64,000 bases of DNA, taken from Camelus ferus (lineage: Eukaryota). The stretch spans positions 105,464,001-105,528,000 of the forward strand of contig NC_045696.1 in assembly GCF_009834535.1 (NCBI RefSeq), read 5' to 3'. The number at the start of each line of letters is the position of its first letter. Positions within the stretch are counted from its first letter, which is position 1. Made by a program: the position numbers and the translations under genes. Under the pieces are notes generated by a model. That model did not search any database, was not told the origin of the DNA, and saw nothing but the letters and a program-made list of their open reading frames with translations. Positions 1-13,269 of this stretch are shown piece after piece.

Positions 1-974
1 GATGATGCCAGCAAAGCATCAAAGGAGATGGAGCCAGGCACACAGTGGGCACTGAGTACGTGCACCTGCTGGTTACCACTACCACCTGTTCGTCCCGCCC
101 CGCACCATGCCAGGCTGGCCCACTCGCTGGCAGACACCCCAGTGTTCCGTCTGAGGGAAGGCTCTCCTTCCCCATGGCCTCCCCCCATAGGTTTCCATAC
201 TCTCAGGATTCCAGACAACTGGCCTTGCCAGCTTCTGTCTCCGCAACACCCATCTGTCTGCCTCTCCCCACACCCTACTGGAGATGCTCTCTTATGATGG
301 GGATCCGATCACTGTCACGGTCCTGCAAGTGCAGCAGAAAAACAGATGAACTCGGCTCACACTGCCTCAGTCACACCAGCAGCCCATTCCCTTCCCTCCT
401 CAACCAAGCCCTTCCAGAAGTCCAGCCACCTCAGGGAAGCCGGGCAGGTGCCTGAGGTGAGGCTCGCTGCTGCTCCCTTATTGGGACCCCAAGTGGCTTT
501 CAGGACAAAGGGCACCTGAGGATGCGGGCGGGCAGAGGACGATGACACGGCGGAGGGCTTGGCGGTCTTCTGCTTTTGTTTTCTCAGCCCAAGTGCAGCT
601 GGGGCCAAGTGTCCCTGGAAAGGACAGGGCTAAGGGTCAGGTGTCAGGAGCCTCTGCCCGCTTCCCCGTGGAGCCCTGGGCCTGTCCTTTACCCCACTGG
701 TCTGCAGGGTCTCCACACACGAGAACTACCCCCTGGAATTACTCATTCATTCATTCACCTGACACAGAGACTTCCGGGGGAACTGAGAGGACACAGAGGT
801 GAAGGACACACCCCTCTTTCTGGGGGGCCCCCAGGCCTAAGAGAGACAGAAATGAGGCAGAGGCAATGCAGGCAGGAAAGGCCAGGACACAGGGAGGCTC
901 GGGTCACTCAGGAGAGTGTGGGGGGCAGGCTCCCAACGGTGTGCAGACCAGTGGGGTGTGTGAAATGACAGAGA

Positions 975-1800
975 ATCCACACGTGCATCAATTGGCTGAC
1001 AAAAATGTTACAGTTGGCCATTGCAAATGTTGGCAGAGACGTGGCACAACAGGTCTACTCGCACCTGCCAGTGGGAGGCTGATGCAGCAGAACGACTCAA
1101 AAACAGAGGATGTGCCCTTTCTCCAACAACCGGAGGAGAAACTCCACTCCCAGGGACGGGCACCAGGGGGGCTGCGGGAGGACGCTCCCGGCCGCGCTGC
1201 TCACTACCAGCCGCGACTGTAGGAGCCAGAAGTGGGCAACCGCGGCAGGGTCACAGGCCGGAAGGCTGCACGGCTATGAAAGCGCACGGGAGGCAACAAC
1301 TGCATGCGGTGGCGCGGATGGATCTCACAGATGAGGACACAAGAGTAAGTGCGTGATTCCGCCTTGACCAAGTTTCGGCACAAGCAAAATGAAACTATGT
1401 TGCTTTAAGGACACGCACATGGGTGTTACAAATCTACAAATCAAAGCCGTGACAGTCACCAGTCAGAACGGTGGCTTCCTCCATAGCAGAGGCTCTGCAC
1501 TGGGGTGATTTTTGCCCCTACCGCCCCGGAGAAGTATTTGATTGCCACCACTGTGGGGGGTGGGGGAGTGTGCCACTGGCCAGGGACGCGGCTAAACATC
1601 CTACGATGCCCCTTCCCCATACACACACCCCACAGAATTACCCTGCCCAAATCCCACACTTCTGCTCTTGAGACACCCTGATCTAGGGGACAAGATAGGT
1701 GGTTCACATGGGGCTTCTAAAATCCTGGCCGTGTCCAAGGGTGATCATTTTATAAATGTCCTATAAACTCCACATAATGTTTTTTCACACTCCCAAAATA
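975..1800 (+). mobile_element. Old L1 (L1ME-like) ORF2 end/3' UTR remnant, interrupted by MER20
   Basis: Collinear degenerate matches to L1ME motifs (aaatgttggcagagacgtgg; ggatggatctcacaga; gcaaaatgaaactatgttgctttaagga; ggggcttct...); central part strongly GC-shifted. Confidence 0.65.
1487..1680 (+). mobile_element. MER20 (hAT-Charlie non-autonomous DNA transposon)
   Basis: ggggtgatttttgcccc ... ggccagggacgcggctaaacatcctacgatg ... cagaattaccctgcccaaa ... tgagacaccctg match the MER20 consensus as recalled. Confidence 0.85.
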
Positions 1801-2269
1801 ATTCCAGAGCATGCAACTGGGCATTTAAGGGATCAGCAGGGAGGCCCATGAGATGAGGTCAGCCTTGGCCTCCAGCTGCAAGGGGAGCCCAGGGACCAGG
1901 ACTGTTGCTGGACATCCTTCAGGAGGCATCTCAGAGATCTGGGCCGCCGCACACACGTCCTCAACACCCCCGCAAGAAACCAGAACATACAAGGGCTCCT
2001 CATGCCAAGGACAAGTGCCCTCCCCAGTGAGGTGAGTTCTCTCTGGGCTCCATTCCACTTCGGGGCACAGCAGGGGCAGTGGGGGGCCAGGTGGAGAGCT
2101 GGCCTGGCCAGCTGCCTCCCCTCCTGTCTGCTCAGGAGGGCCTGAGGCTCCTGGGCTTTACTGAGGCATTTTTGTGGGGGGAGCCAGGAAGTAGATCCTT
2201 TTGGTCCTTGGATTCCACAGGTGGGGGCACCACCCAGACAAGCCAAGATTAGTAAGGAAGGGCAGCAGC

Positions 2270-2398
2270 AAAGGTACTGGAATTCAGACTCAGACCTGGG
2301 TTCGCATCTGGAGTTGCCAATTATTAAGTGGTATGACCTCGGACCAGTTACTTGATTTTGTGAACCTCAGCTTCATCATACGTAAAAAATGGAAATAG
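2270..2398 (+). mobile_element. MIR SINE fragment
   Basis: cagacctgggttcgcatc ... tgacctcggaccagttacttga ... aacctcagcttcatcat ... aaaatgg core. Confidence 0.8.
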
Positions 2399-2834
2399 AG
2401 GTGTTTCAGTCATGATGTTGGCAGAGAAAAAAACAAAACAAGATGGGAAAGATGGCCAGTCCAGCTTGAAGGGCACAGAGGCAGCTGGGAACCACTGCCG
2501 CCATATTGAGTAGCACACATGCAGGGCTGTCGTGGGCCCTCCAACCTGCTCTGTGTCAAGCCTCTTGGGTCCTGTTTCCCTGCTAGTGTGCCTTGATGTT
2601 GACTAATTTTAAAACTATTAGCTCCTTTAGAGAACCAAGAAAGGAATTTGTCCAGGCCTGGGCCAAGGCTTTGGAAGAAGACGGGGGGCCAACTCCAATG
2701 GGTGATGGGGTGAAAGCTCACATATTAATGGGAAATTTAGGCCCCTTGGCTGTTTCCACCACCTCCACCTGCTCCCCAGAATTTCCTGCCAGTGTCAGAG
2801 CCTCCTGTTTCACCAAAATGATTGTGTGCTCCAT

Positions 2835-3269
2835 CAGTCAGGATCCTGGCAGGCAAGAGATGGCATACTTGAATTAGGATAATTTGAAGGGAATTTAACT
2901 AATGGACTAGTCAAAGGTTGTACACAGGTGTAGGGCCACCTCAGGGACAGTGCAGACTCTGAAAGAGTGGGACGATGGAAGGGTCGCCAGAACCTGGAAG
3001 GGAGAGTGGTCCAGACAGGGCTGCCTTTGAAGGGCCTGCGACCTACAGCCCAGGAACACTGGGAGCCCACAACAGCCCTGCAGGATGCGCTAGAGGAAAA
3101 GATACTCCCACTAACTTTCCTCCACTTTCAATCTCCTGCTGATGCCTGGCGTTGGCCGAATCTAACGGGAAGACACCTGACAAGGGGCTGTCCACGTGGT
3201 CCATTCTGGTCAGCCTCCTGGACGCAGGGCAGGATGGAGGGGAAGGGGTGCCCAGAGGCACCCAGCACA
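2835..3269 (-). mobile_element. ERVL-type LTR (LTR33-like)
   Basis: caggcaagagatggcatacttgaattaggataatttgaagg ... tctcctgctgatgcctggcgttggccgaatctaacgggaag ... ggtcagcctcctgg ... ccagcaca terminus. Confidence 0.7.
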
Positions 3270-3370
3270 GGGTGACTGGAAGGGGCCTCCACTTTGGGCT
3301 CCCTCTGGTGATGGGTCCCTGCCCCACAGGTAGGTCTTGGGAAGACTCTAGGTCATGCCTGAGTGATATC

Positions 3371-4340
3371 TTTAAAATCAACTTTATAAAGGCAAAGTTG
3401 AGTCACAATAAAATACATCCATGTTGATGAGTTTTGGCAAATTTATACACCCATGTAACCATTGCCATAATCAACATATAGAACAGTCTCCTTACTGTAA
3501 AGTACTCCGTGCCCCTTTCCAGTCAATGATCCCTTCACTTTGGCTCTAAGCAGCCACTGATGTGCCTTCTATCATTAGAGATGCCATTAATCTTTTCTAG
3601 AGATTCATATAAATGGAGAACACAGTGTGTAATCTTCTGTGTCTGATTTCTTTCCCTCGCATGATTTTGAGATTCATCCGTGTTACTGTGTATACCAGTT
3701 TTTCACTGATTTCATCACTGAGTTGGTATTCCATTGCACTAATACGTCGTAATTTACTTATTCCTTCACCTGTTGGTGGACCTTTGGGTTGTTCTTAGGA
3801 TTTTGCTAAACCTAAAATAATAAACCAAAGCATAGAAGCATAGTGAGCAAAGCTTCTATGAACATTTGAATTCAAGGCTTTGTAGAGGCACATACTTCCA
3901 TACCTGGGGGTGGGATTGCTGGGTCATTTCATAAGTGCTGTTTAACATTACAAAAAACAGTCAAATTGTTTTTTTAAAGTGGTTGCGTCTTTCTGCAGCC
4001 CACCAGCAAAGCAGGAGGGTTCCAGTTTCTCCACATCCTCACACCACTTGGCATCATCAGTCTTTACAACCTCAGCTGTCCTGGTGGGGGTGCAGTGATA
4101 GCTCGCTGTGGTTTAATTTGAATTTCTCTATGACTAACGATATCCAGCATCTTTTCATGCACCTGCTGACTATTCAGAAACCTTCTTTGGTGAAGTATCT
4201 ATTCAAATCTTTTGCCCATTTTTTTTTCAGTTGTTTGTACACTTATTAGTGAGTTCACTGCTCCCCATCTATGACTTACTTTTTTGCTTCTTATCTTTGA
4301 CTTACTTTTTGCTTCTGAAGGTCAGAAGTTTTTGATTTCT
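3371..4340 (-). mobile_element. Old L1 3' end (L1ME/L1MD-like)
   Basis: T-rich antisense L1 hallmarks: atttatacacccatgtaacc, ttttgagattcatccgtgtt, gggattgctgggtcat, ttccagtttctccacatcctcacaccacttgg, agcatcttttcatg, tattcaaatcttttgcccatttt. Confidence 0.9.
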
Positions 4341-4829
4341 CATTGAGGCCCTTCTTAAGCGTGACTACCAGTCTGGGTAAGAAGGAGAGCTTCTTTCGCC
4401 CCTGCCCCACTCCAAGGTGGAGAGTCACACACGCTGGGGATTTTCATCCCGTCAGTTCTCGCAGGAGAGCCTGGCTGGCAAAACTGCCTCCTTGTCAGAT
4501 GACAGGAGCCCAAGAGAGCACGCTGCTTCTTCCCTCAGCTTAAGACAGACTCAGGGTGCTGCACTGGGGGCTCTTGGCTGCCGAGGCATCAGGCATCCAG
4601 ACCAAGTCTTTCCTGGGCACCAGGCCCTGGTCCATGACACCCTCCGTGGGCATCTCCTCATGACCAACTGTGTGTAAGGTCACATCTCCAACAGATGGGT
4701 GAAGGCTCTGAGGTACGAACAGATGTGTCCATGGGGAGATGGAAAACATCTTTTTGACAGAGCCAGTTTCACAGAAGCATTGTTAACCAGGAACTGCAGA
4801 ACTGAAAAGGTGAAAGAGAACACGGAGGT

Positions 4830-4978
4830 ATCACAGAAGTATGGATATGGAAAGGACTGCAACTCAGTAGCAAGAAAGCCATCCAATTTTTAAACACAGG
4901 CAGATAATCTCAAAAGACGCATCAAAGAAATTATAGGAATGGCAGATAAGCACATGAAAAGATGCTCAGTATCAGGAA
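4830..4978 (+). mobile_element. Short L1 ORF2-end fragment
   Basis: aatggcagataagcacatgaaaagatgctca motif. Confidence 0.65.
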
Positions 4979-4984
4979 TAACCC

Positions 4985-5349
4985 CTAGGGCTATGGGAAC
5001 AGAAGTGAGACTTCAGGGTTATAAAGACCTGGACACTTGAAAGAGAGGCCGGTGAGGCTGGGACCCAGACCTCCGAGGGGATACGAGGCCTGTGTCTGGG
5101 CCTGGGGAGGACATGGACAACTGAACTAGCAGCTGATGCTGGAGTGTCCGGCCACTGCTAATGGGAACAGGGAGCAAGCCCCATCCTCCTTCCCCAGAAC
5201 TGCGGGCTCCCTCTGGTGTCCCCTCTTGGCAGAGCCTAACAGGGAGCCCCTGGCAAGGCATAAACATGACTTGTGGCTCCCAGAGCACCAAGAACAGTAT
5301 GGCAGGGTGGGTTTGGAGCTGAGAGATGAGAGCTTAATTACCAGCACCA
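4985..5349 (-). mobile_element. ERVL-type LTR (LTR41-like)
   Basis: ctccctctggtgtcccctcttggcagagcctaacagggag ... gggtgggtttggagctgagagatgagagcttaattaccagcac resembles the reverse complement of the LTR41 5' part. Confidence 0.55.
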
Positions 5350-6304
5350 CAGATAAAGCCCCTTGCCCTAGGAATACAGCTAGTAAGTGATGGAGTACTG
5401 ATCCAGGAGCACCTGGCTCTGAGGCCAACGCCCAGCTGGAAGCTGAAAGGAAACCTTTGGCAGGTACTGGCCCAGGAGGCCAGACCAGAAGGCTGGGCAG
5501 GCAGCACCAGAGAGTTCCTGGTGGGTTCCAGGGACCCGCCCGGAGTACTGAAGCACAGAGCCAGGGCTGCCAGGGAAGCCAAGATGGAGCTCAGCTATGG
5601 GCCTAGGGTACATGGGGACATGGACAAACTCCCAAGCTAAGCCCCCATTCCAGCCTGGACAAGACCATGTGTCCTGGCTCTGAGCTCTGCACCCATGGGT
5701 CCTGGACAGCCCTGCCTGAGACGTCCTAGTGACCTGAGCCCCAGGCTCCCAACAGGGAACCAGAAAAGCAGAATACACAAAGCTGGACAGTTGCATCTCT
5801 CCTAGACTCAGCACTTCCTCCTCAGCTGAAGTCTTCCCGAGGCAAGGCTGTTAGGATCCCAGATGGAACATCTCCCATATGTATTTGCAGTTTTCTCCCA
5901 AGACTAGCCTCTTTTTTGTAATGACCGTAAGCCAGTCACCATTCCCTTCACCTCTGTGAATACCTTTTTCTCAGCAGTTTCCAGAGGATGGGGCCACACC
6001 TCAGACTCAAGGACACTGGGAAGAGCCAGCAGCCGGGGGGTGCAGGATGCTCTCCCCACTCATCCCTGGGCACATCCAGCCTGGGTGGCTACCGGCAGGA
6101 GGCCCCTGCCCATTTGCTCCTCCCCTTCCACCTTTGCTGGCTGCACAGCTGCTGAGCTGCACACGTGGAGGTCCCCTGAGCTAGCTTCCCACCGTGGAGC
6201 CCTGTACCCTAAGCTCTCAGGACCTCTGACACCACCTCTCCTCTCTGTGATGATGCCACATCTGGTTTGATTGCTGAACACCCACGGATTAGGGGCCCCG
6301 ACTT

Positions 6305-6520
6305 TGGGCTCAACAGCTATGGGTTCAAACCCTAACTCTGCCACAAGGTAGCTGCGTGATGTCAGGCACGGCGCTCAGTCTCTCTGTGCTTCACTGTGGT
6401 ATTTGTCAAACCAGGCAATGCTAGTAACTACGTCCACCCCTGTGGCCTGTTGGGAGGACTGCCGGAAGCCAAGTGTGACAGCTCTGGGACAGCACTGAAC
6501 ATACGGCTGGTGCTCACACA
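6305..6520 (+). mobile_element. MIR SINE
   Basis: tgggttcaaaccctaactctgccac..tagctgcgtga ... ctctctgtgcttca ... ggtgctca. Confidence 0.75.
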
Positions 6521-8487
6521 GGGTGCTATGGAGTTAGCACTGGCTTCAGATTTGGGGCCCCGAGGGCCTCCTTTGGTCCTCTGCCCACCTCCGGGGTAGA
6601 AGCACCAGGCATAAGTGCTTTCTAATGTCCCACCTAGCCCTGCAGGGTTGCCCCTCTTCTCTGGTCTCACACCATCTAGCCCTGCCAGTCAGTTCCATGG
6701 CTTGGCCCAAGCTGCAGTGGTCTGGCTTTGGATAAGAGGAGGTGACCCATCACAGACACCCTGGGCACGGGCCCATCCAGGTGCCTAACTGGTCAGCAGT
6801 TCCAGGCCATTCCCACTCCCCAGCACGGTGAACAGGGCTATTGTCCCAGCTGGCTCTGCCCCTGTCCCGCTCCAGCACCCATGGGCAGCGGATGTCTGCC
6901 ATCTCTGCTTTGATCAGGACAGGGGGGTGCTCTGCGGTGGGTTTGGGACCACCCCTGTGATGCATTCTGACAGCCTTGGCCAAGCATATGCTTTAAATCC
7001 TCATGAGAAAGGGCCTTTTTAAGTGGAGAGGAAGCCCACTGCCGTCTTCAAAGGGCTCTCTGGACAAATCAGGGGGCAAAAGCTGACCCCGACTCTGCAG
7101 CACCCTGCTGCCCGTGTGCACGTTCAACATGGCTCAAGAGGCAAGGCTGCTGGCCTGTCCTCCAACCCAAACAGCGACAGCAGGGTCGAGTGACGGCCTA
7201 GCTCAGTCTCCCCTCCCCAGGCTTCAACCTCCTGAAACCCTCCCCACTGGTCCTGTGCTCAGCTTCTCGACAGCCCCTCTGAGCGGGTCCCCTTGGCTCT
7301 CCTACAAAAGGCCTTAAGCAGGACCTGCATCCTTTCTAATGGCTTCAGAAGGAGTCCGAGAATTTGTCACTAATGCACCTGGAAAAAGTTAATGAGATTT
7401 CAACATCAATGACATCCAGTCACGGGGACTTGGAGGGCGGAGAGAACACTGCCAATGAGAAGATTTCACACTTTTCTTCTTCTTTTGTTATCCGTCCCCG
7501 TTTCAGTCGATATGAACATATCATCTAGATGCAACCGCCACCTTGAGGTCACAGCACTCTGGCTCACGGCAGGGTCAGCCCCTCTCCCTGATGGAGCTCG
7601 TAGCCAGGCTGGGCCTCCAGGAAGGCAAGGAAGGAGCCTTCCCGGAGCTGGTGTGTCCTTCTGTGTTTAATTTTCCCACAAGTCAGCTCTGATTAAGGGG
7701 GATGGCCTCATGTTTCGCGTATTCAGAGCCGGGTTCTGAGAGCACCTTGCGAGGGTGGGGGGAGCCCCCTGGCTGGCGGGTGGGGGCAGAGGGGGAGCAG
7801 CTCACGGGGTCACCCCCAGCACACACGTCTGCTACCTATCAGATCTCATTGGAGGAGTGATCCTCCGGACGCTGAGATCATCTGACAGCCTCCTCCTAAT
7901 GAGACCCAGGGCTGCTCCCAAGCTTGTGTGGGAGGCTGGGTGGAGGGGAACCCCCACCGACCTGGAGAACCATCTCCGAGGCAGGCAAGGTGTTCTCTTC
8001 TGAGCCCGTTTTCTGTGTGAAGCGGTGGACCCAGCACTTCAGGAGTAGGTGCCTTTGCGCTCCACCTGGGACCACGGATTTTCTGATCCCTGCAGGGAAA
8101 GACAGGACTTGGAATATTTACTCATGACATTTGACATCTCTGTCTCTGGTTCACTCCCGACGGCTTCAGGCAGGTGTGAGAGGAGGTGAGTTCAGTTCTC
8201 CCCTCCAAGAACTTGCAGTCCTCCTGGGGAGACATGATGGCTGCCCAGGGAACAAGGAGAGTCAGTGTCACCACGGACAAGGGGAGTCCCATGCACGGGG
8301 GCAGCCACCTAAAAGCATAAACGAGCGCATGCATCCATCTGCTGAGGGTGCGCTACTGCCTCTCCTAGCACTTCGGAGAAAATCCAAACTCTTCTTCAAG
8401 ACCCCAGTCCCTGCCCAGATGGGCTCTAGCCACGGTGGTGGTTTTCTTTAATTTTTCAAACGCAAACTACAACCCCTGGAGCCTGCA

Positions 8488-8797
8488 CCCTTGCTGTTCT
8501 ATTGCCTGGAGTTCCCTTCCCCCAGATCATCACACAGCTATGCCATTTCATCACTGAAGTTTCAGTCCAAATGCCGTCTCCTCAGAAAGCCCTTCCCAGA
8601 CCATCCTGTGGAAACAAGGCTCTCTCCCCAGGCACTCCTGGCAGCACCAACTCATCACAAGGTCCACCGCAGCCCTTACCATCATATTGTCCCTACTGAT
8701 CGACTGCTTTCTGAACAATCTCCCGTACGTCCCACTAGGATGTAGCTCCATGAGAGGCAGGACATTGTCTATGTTGTTCTCCACTGTATCCTAGAAT
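8488..8797 (+). mobile_element. L2 LINE 3' region
   Basis: ttgctgttctattgcctgga ... caaatgccgtctcctcagaaagcccttccc ... ctaggatgtagctccatgagaggcaggac ... ccactgtatcc. Confidence 0.8.
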
Positions 8798-11119
8798 GTG
8801 AGGGTACCTCCCCTCTCAGGAGAGTAGAGAGAAACAGGGGCCACTGAGTTGGTGGGGGGAGACTCCTCAGGGAAGTGAGACATGAGCCCGGAGTTGCTCT
8901 CTCCACCCACTCCTGCCCTCCTCTGATGGAGCGTGGGGCTGAGAACTCATGGTCTTTCCCTCAGCATGATCAGTGCCCACTGGGCTCCCCTGCCTCAGCC
9001 CCTGGTCCCATCCTCAGTGCCTCATCCCATGTCTCAGCCCCATGAACCACGTGGCCCCTGGCTCCACCTCCCCATCCTCTGGGATCCCCTTGACCTTCAC
9101 CATGGCAGCGCCCTGGCTGCCCCACTCCCAACTTCCCACATCTCTCACTGGGAGCTTGTGGACAACTCCAAATTCCTCTAGAGGAGCCAAAGGAGACTGT
9201 CCACTGTTTGCGTAGTTCCCTGTCCGGCCGGTGCTGGCTGTCTTCTGGGCAGAGACGCCACATTGGATGTGGTGCTTCTCTAAGAGGGATCTAGGTTGCC
9301 TCAGTCTACCTCCACGGGACCTAGGAATCAGCCCTGAAATCAAATACCCTCCGATTTTCTGTATCTTCTTAACACCACACCTTTCCTGGGTTTCCCTGGC
9401 GGGGTTGGGGTGGGGGCAGGTGGTTGGGGGTGTAGAGGAAGCTGGATGTCGTTGTCCGACCACTTCCCGGCCGTTCCCCTTCCTCTTCCCGCCTCCCAGT
9501 CCTGGAGGAGGCTTTCCTTCTTCCAACCTCAACCCTAACAGGTTCCCTCTAGTCATTTCCTCCTTCCCCGCCCCAGGGATATCCATCTTTTAGGCGACAC
9601 CTGCTCTTTCCCCCATGGACCACTAGCCTCATGGCTTTGCCTCAGTGGATAGATGGGATTTCAGGGGAGAAAAACGCCAGCTTGCCCATTTTAGAATATA
9701 TGTAGAGAGGCCCTTAAACAACAGTACCCTGGGTATATTCACCTCTGTATACTCTTCAAGGACCTGCTTTGTTGCAGCTCTTTGACTAGAATTTATTTCC
9801 AAATGAGAAGCCATTGAAAGCTCCCTCACACTGGGCTTCTTCAGCAGATGATGATGGCTTTTCTCCTCCCTTCCCTCTCCATTTCAGGCTCCTGTTTTTT
9901 TTGCAGGACCTCCAGGTAGAGTGCCCAGGTTGGTTCACAATTATCTTGAACACAGACTGGGGCAGGACCACCCTGAGGGTGTGATCAATGTGGCTGGATC
10001 AGACAAGAAAGGCTTCCTGGAGGAGGCGGACTTGGAGCTCAGCCCTGAAGGGTGGGTAAGAATCAGACTGGCGAGAGGATGGGGGTGGCTTGCTCAATGA
10101 CTCAGAGGCAGGATAAGCTTGGGGAGAACATGCACCTGCGCTGATATCTCCCTGACAGACCTCTACTTGATCCCCAAGACTCAGATCCAAAGGTCTCCAA
10201 CTTCTGTCCACACTGCTGACATGGACTCTGTGCCAGTTGTGGGAAAACACAGGCCCTCCTTGACCTCCTTGATCAGAAGCACTGGGCACCTCTACCAGCT
10301 TAGACCTGGCAGTGGCCCTAACACCCTGGAGTGGAGTGGAGGTCTGTGGCCCTCTAAAACCTATTCCCTGGGCCTCAGACCATATGACGGTGCACCACCC
10401 GGAGGGCTCTCAGCGCCAGTCACTGGAAGGCCTGACTCATCCTCATCCTGATTCATGTTTCTATATTCCTCGCCCTGCTACGTGGGCTTGGCAAGCCTCT
10501 TCACCTCTCTGGGCCACTTTCCCCACTCATGATGTATCCTGTGCCAGGGTGTCACGCATGTCACGCACTTAGCACATAGTAAGTGCTCAGCTAACGGCAG
10601 TTATTACTGTACCTCTTCATGCTGTATCATTGAGGCGGGTCCTTGTCCTATTTTCTCTATGGGTCCACATAAGTCTGGGCCAGGTTGCTGAACAGCCATA
10701 ACAAGTATATCACAGAGGAGTGGGTCTACCTCACAGAGGCTTCGCCCGTCCCGGGGCCTCCAGTCTCTCTGCACCCCTGCTGTGACTCCCCATGCTTGCT
10801 GGCTTTGTTCCATGTGGGGAACATTTGGCCCATCTTGTTGCCTGGAGATCTGTCCTGCCCAGCACCCTAAGCTCCTTCTGACTCATCTCCCATCTTTCCC
10901 AGACACAAACACACAACCCCGTTCACATGCACTCACCTACATGTACACAGATACACAGAACCACTGGCTCCCTGGTGCATGGCCAGAACTTCCAGAAGCC
11001 ACGTGCTGAGGCCTGATCACACTAAGATGCCTCAAATGCACAGTGAAAAACCGCTTTACAGGACATCAGGAGATGAAGAGGCCAGCCCCTCACACCTGGG
11101 AGGTTGGCATTAACTGGGT

Positions 11120-11350
11120 GGAGCCATACAGACGAGGGGTTCACATCCCAGGCTCTGTCGCTTCCTAGTTGTGTGGCCTCCAGCAAATGACTTAACCTCC
11201 CTGGACTTCCCCTGCCTCATCTGAGAAAGGAAGACCAGAGGACTCACCTCCGAGCAGGGTTGGGAGAACTAACCCAGATAATGCAGTATAAAACGCTGAG
11301 CACAGAGCAGGCACATGGCAAGCAAACAATAAGCAGAACAGCTTTCTATG
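11120..11350 (+). mobile_element. MIR SINE
   Basis: ggttcacatcccaggctctg ... gcaaatgacttaacctc ... cctcatctg ... gataatgcagtataaaacgctgagcacagagcaggcacat. Confidence 0.8.
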
Positions 11351-13269
11351 ATCAGCATCATGCCCTCAGAGAACAAGAAATAAGTGAAGGCCAGAGGGGC
11401 CAAAGAGGGCTGCTGGAGGGGGTGGGCACTCAGATGGCCTCGCAGAGGGCTCCAGGGGCTGGTGGAAACAGTGTGGGTACAGGAAACGGAATTTACACAC
11501 ACACACAGTCCCAGTTGGCAGAGGGTTTGTCCTGCAGGCTAAAGGGCATTTACAGGATGCTCCAAGCCTGGAGTGAATCCTATTTAAAATGCTCTTACCC
11601 CAAACTCCTTTGCAGCTAGTCTGAGGACTCCATAGCAGTGAGCATCCTTGGGTGTGTGACAAGGAGCAGCGATCTGTACCAAGAAGCAGCTCGGGCCATA
11701 GGTTGCAGCCCCATTGAAACACCCACACTGCCCAAAACACAGGGCAATTCAGAACAACAGACTCTGGAACCAACAAACCCAGCTGTGATCCCAGGTCCCC
11801 ACTGAGTGGCCTCATGACGTGAGATAAGACAATCCACCTCCTTTATGGGACAGGCAAACAGCAGGTGCTCAATGATGGTTGTCAGCAACCACCACTCCAG
11901 TACCAGCCTGCCCCCTGGTTCTGCTTCCTGCCCGAGATTTAACCCCCTCTCTGAGGATCCGGGCCCACGTGGTCACTGTCAGGGATGTTCCTCCTCTTCA
12001 TGTGAATGCTAACGTTCCTCTCCTCTCCGGAAGAATTCAAAGGGCCCTGGAAACTTGTTTATTAGGAAAAGCTGTGGGAGTCTGTCCTGCTTGGTGGAGG
12101 CGCTGACCTCTCTCATCCTTCCCTGCATATTTCTCCCCAGCGACATCTTTTCATGTTCCCTGGCTCACTTGGGTGAGTCACAGATCTGTAAATCCCGACC
12201 ACAGAAAGCTTGGCAAAGTATGTTAGGTGTTTATTGGAAGGAGAAGGAGGCAAACGATCAAAACATTGGCTGTGGCTCTCGTCTCTGAAATTTGCAAGAG
12301 CAAGTTTTAAAATCTGTGTTTGAAGCATCTGAACAGATTCATGGAGTACTTTTTTTTTTTTTTTAAACCACAACGAGGATAAGACTGTATACACTCCTTA
12401 GTTGCAATCAGATCTTTAGGCTGCTTTTGGATAGAGCCAGATATCAAAGTGAAAACCGAGAAATGCAATTCCATTTTCAGTTTCCCTATTTAGATGTAGC
12501 CCCACTGATACAAACATAGGCTGTAGTTCTCTGTACACTCACACACTGATCTGTGCCTGCCTCCAAGCCTTTGTGCATGCTGTTCACACTGTCTGCAACT
12601 CTGTTCCACTCATACCAGGGAGCATTGGTCCCAGGCTGGGTCCTGGGACACGGAGATGAATCAGACACAGTTTCTGACCTCAAGAATTAGTGAGGAAAAG
12701 AGGCTGACAGAGGAGGAGGCCCAAGCTGGGTCTTGATGGATGAGAAGTTCTCCAAAACAAGGAAGAAGGGAAGACCTTTCTTGTGCGAGCATGTCTACTC
12801 ATCCTTGAAGACCCAGGCTCTGTTTCCTCTGGGAAAGGTCCCCTCTCACTGAGTTGGCGACTCCCTCCTGCCAGTGTCCGCACAATACCTGGCACTCCCT
12901 CCCCTGCCCACCCTTCCCTGGGTTATTTATCTGCCTGGTGGTCGAGGCTGGGACTTTGGAGGGTAGACACTACTTCCTCTCTGCATCTCGGACACCAGCT
13001 CCAGACCTTCTGCATGGCAGGTTTAGTGTTTGGTGGTGTTTTTAAGCTGAACTTTATCATTATCCCAGGCAAGAAATGAAGTAGCCACAGGGCGTTAGGA
13101 CAGTGCTGCTTGCTGTTCTGTCAGAGAATCCACACCTGAACCTCACCCGCTGAGCCCCCAGTGCTTCAAGCGTCTGAGCCCTGAAGAGGTCTGGGTGGGA
13201 TTAACCCCTGGATCTCAGCCTCATTCCAGCATCCGTGGTTTGGTGGTGGTAGTTGGGGGTGGGGGAGAC

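Noticed and set aside
5340..5360. REST/RE1-like motif accagcaccacagataaagcc
   Set aside because: Mismatches in the critical GGACAG half-site; it lies at an LTR edge.
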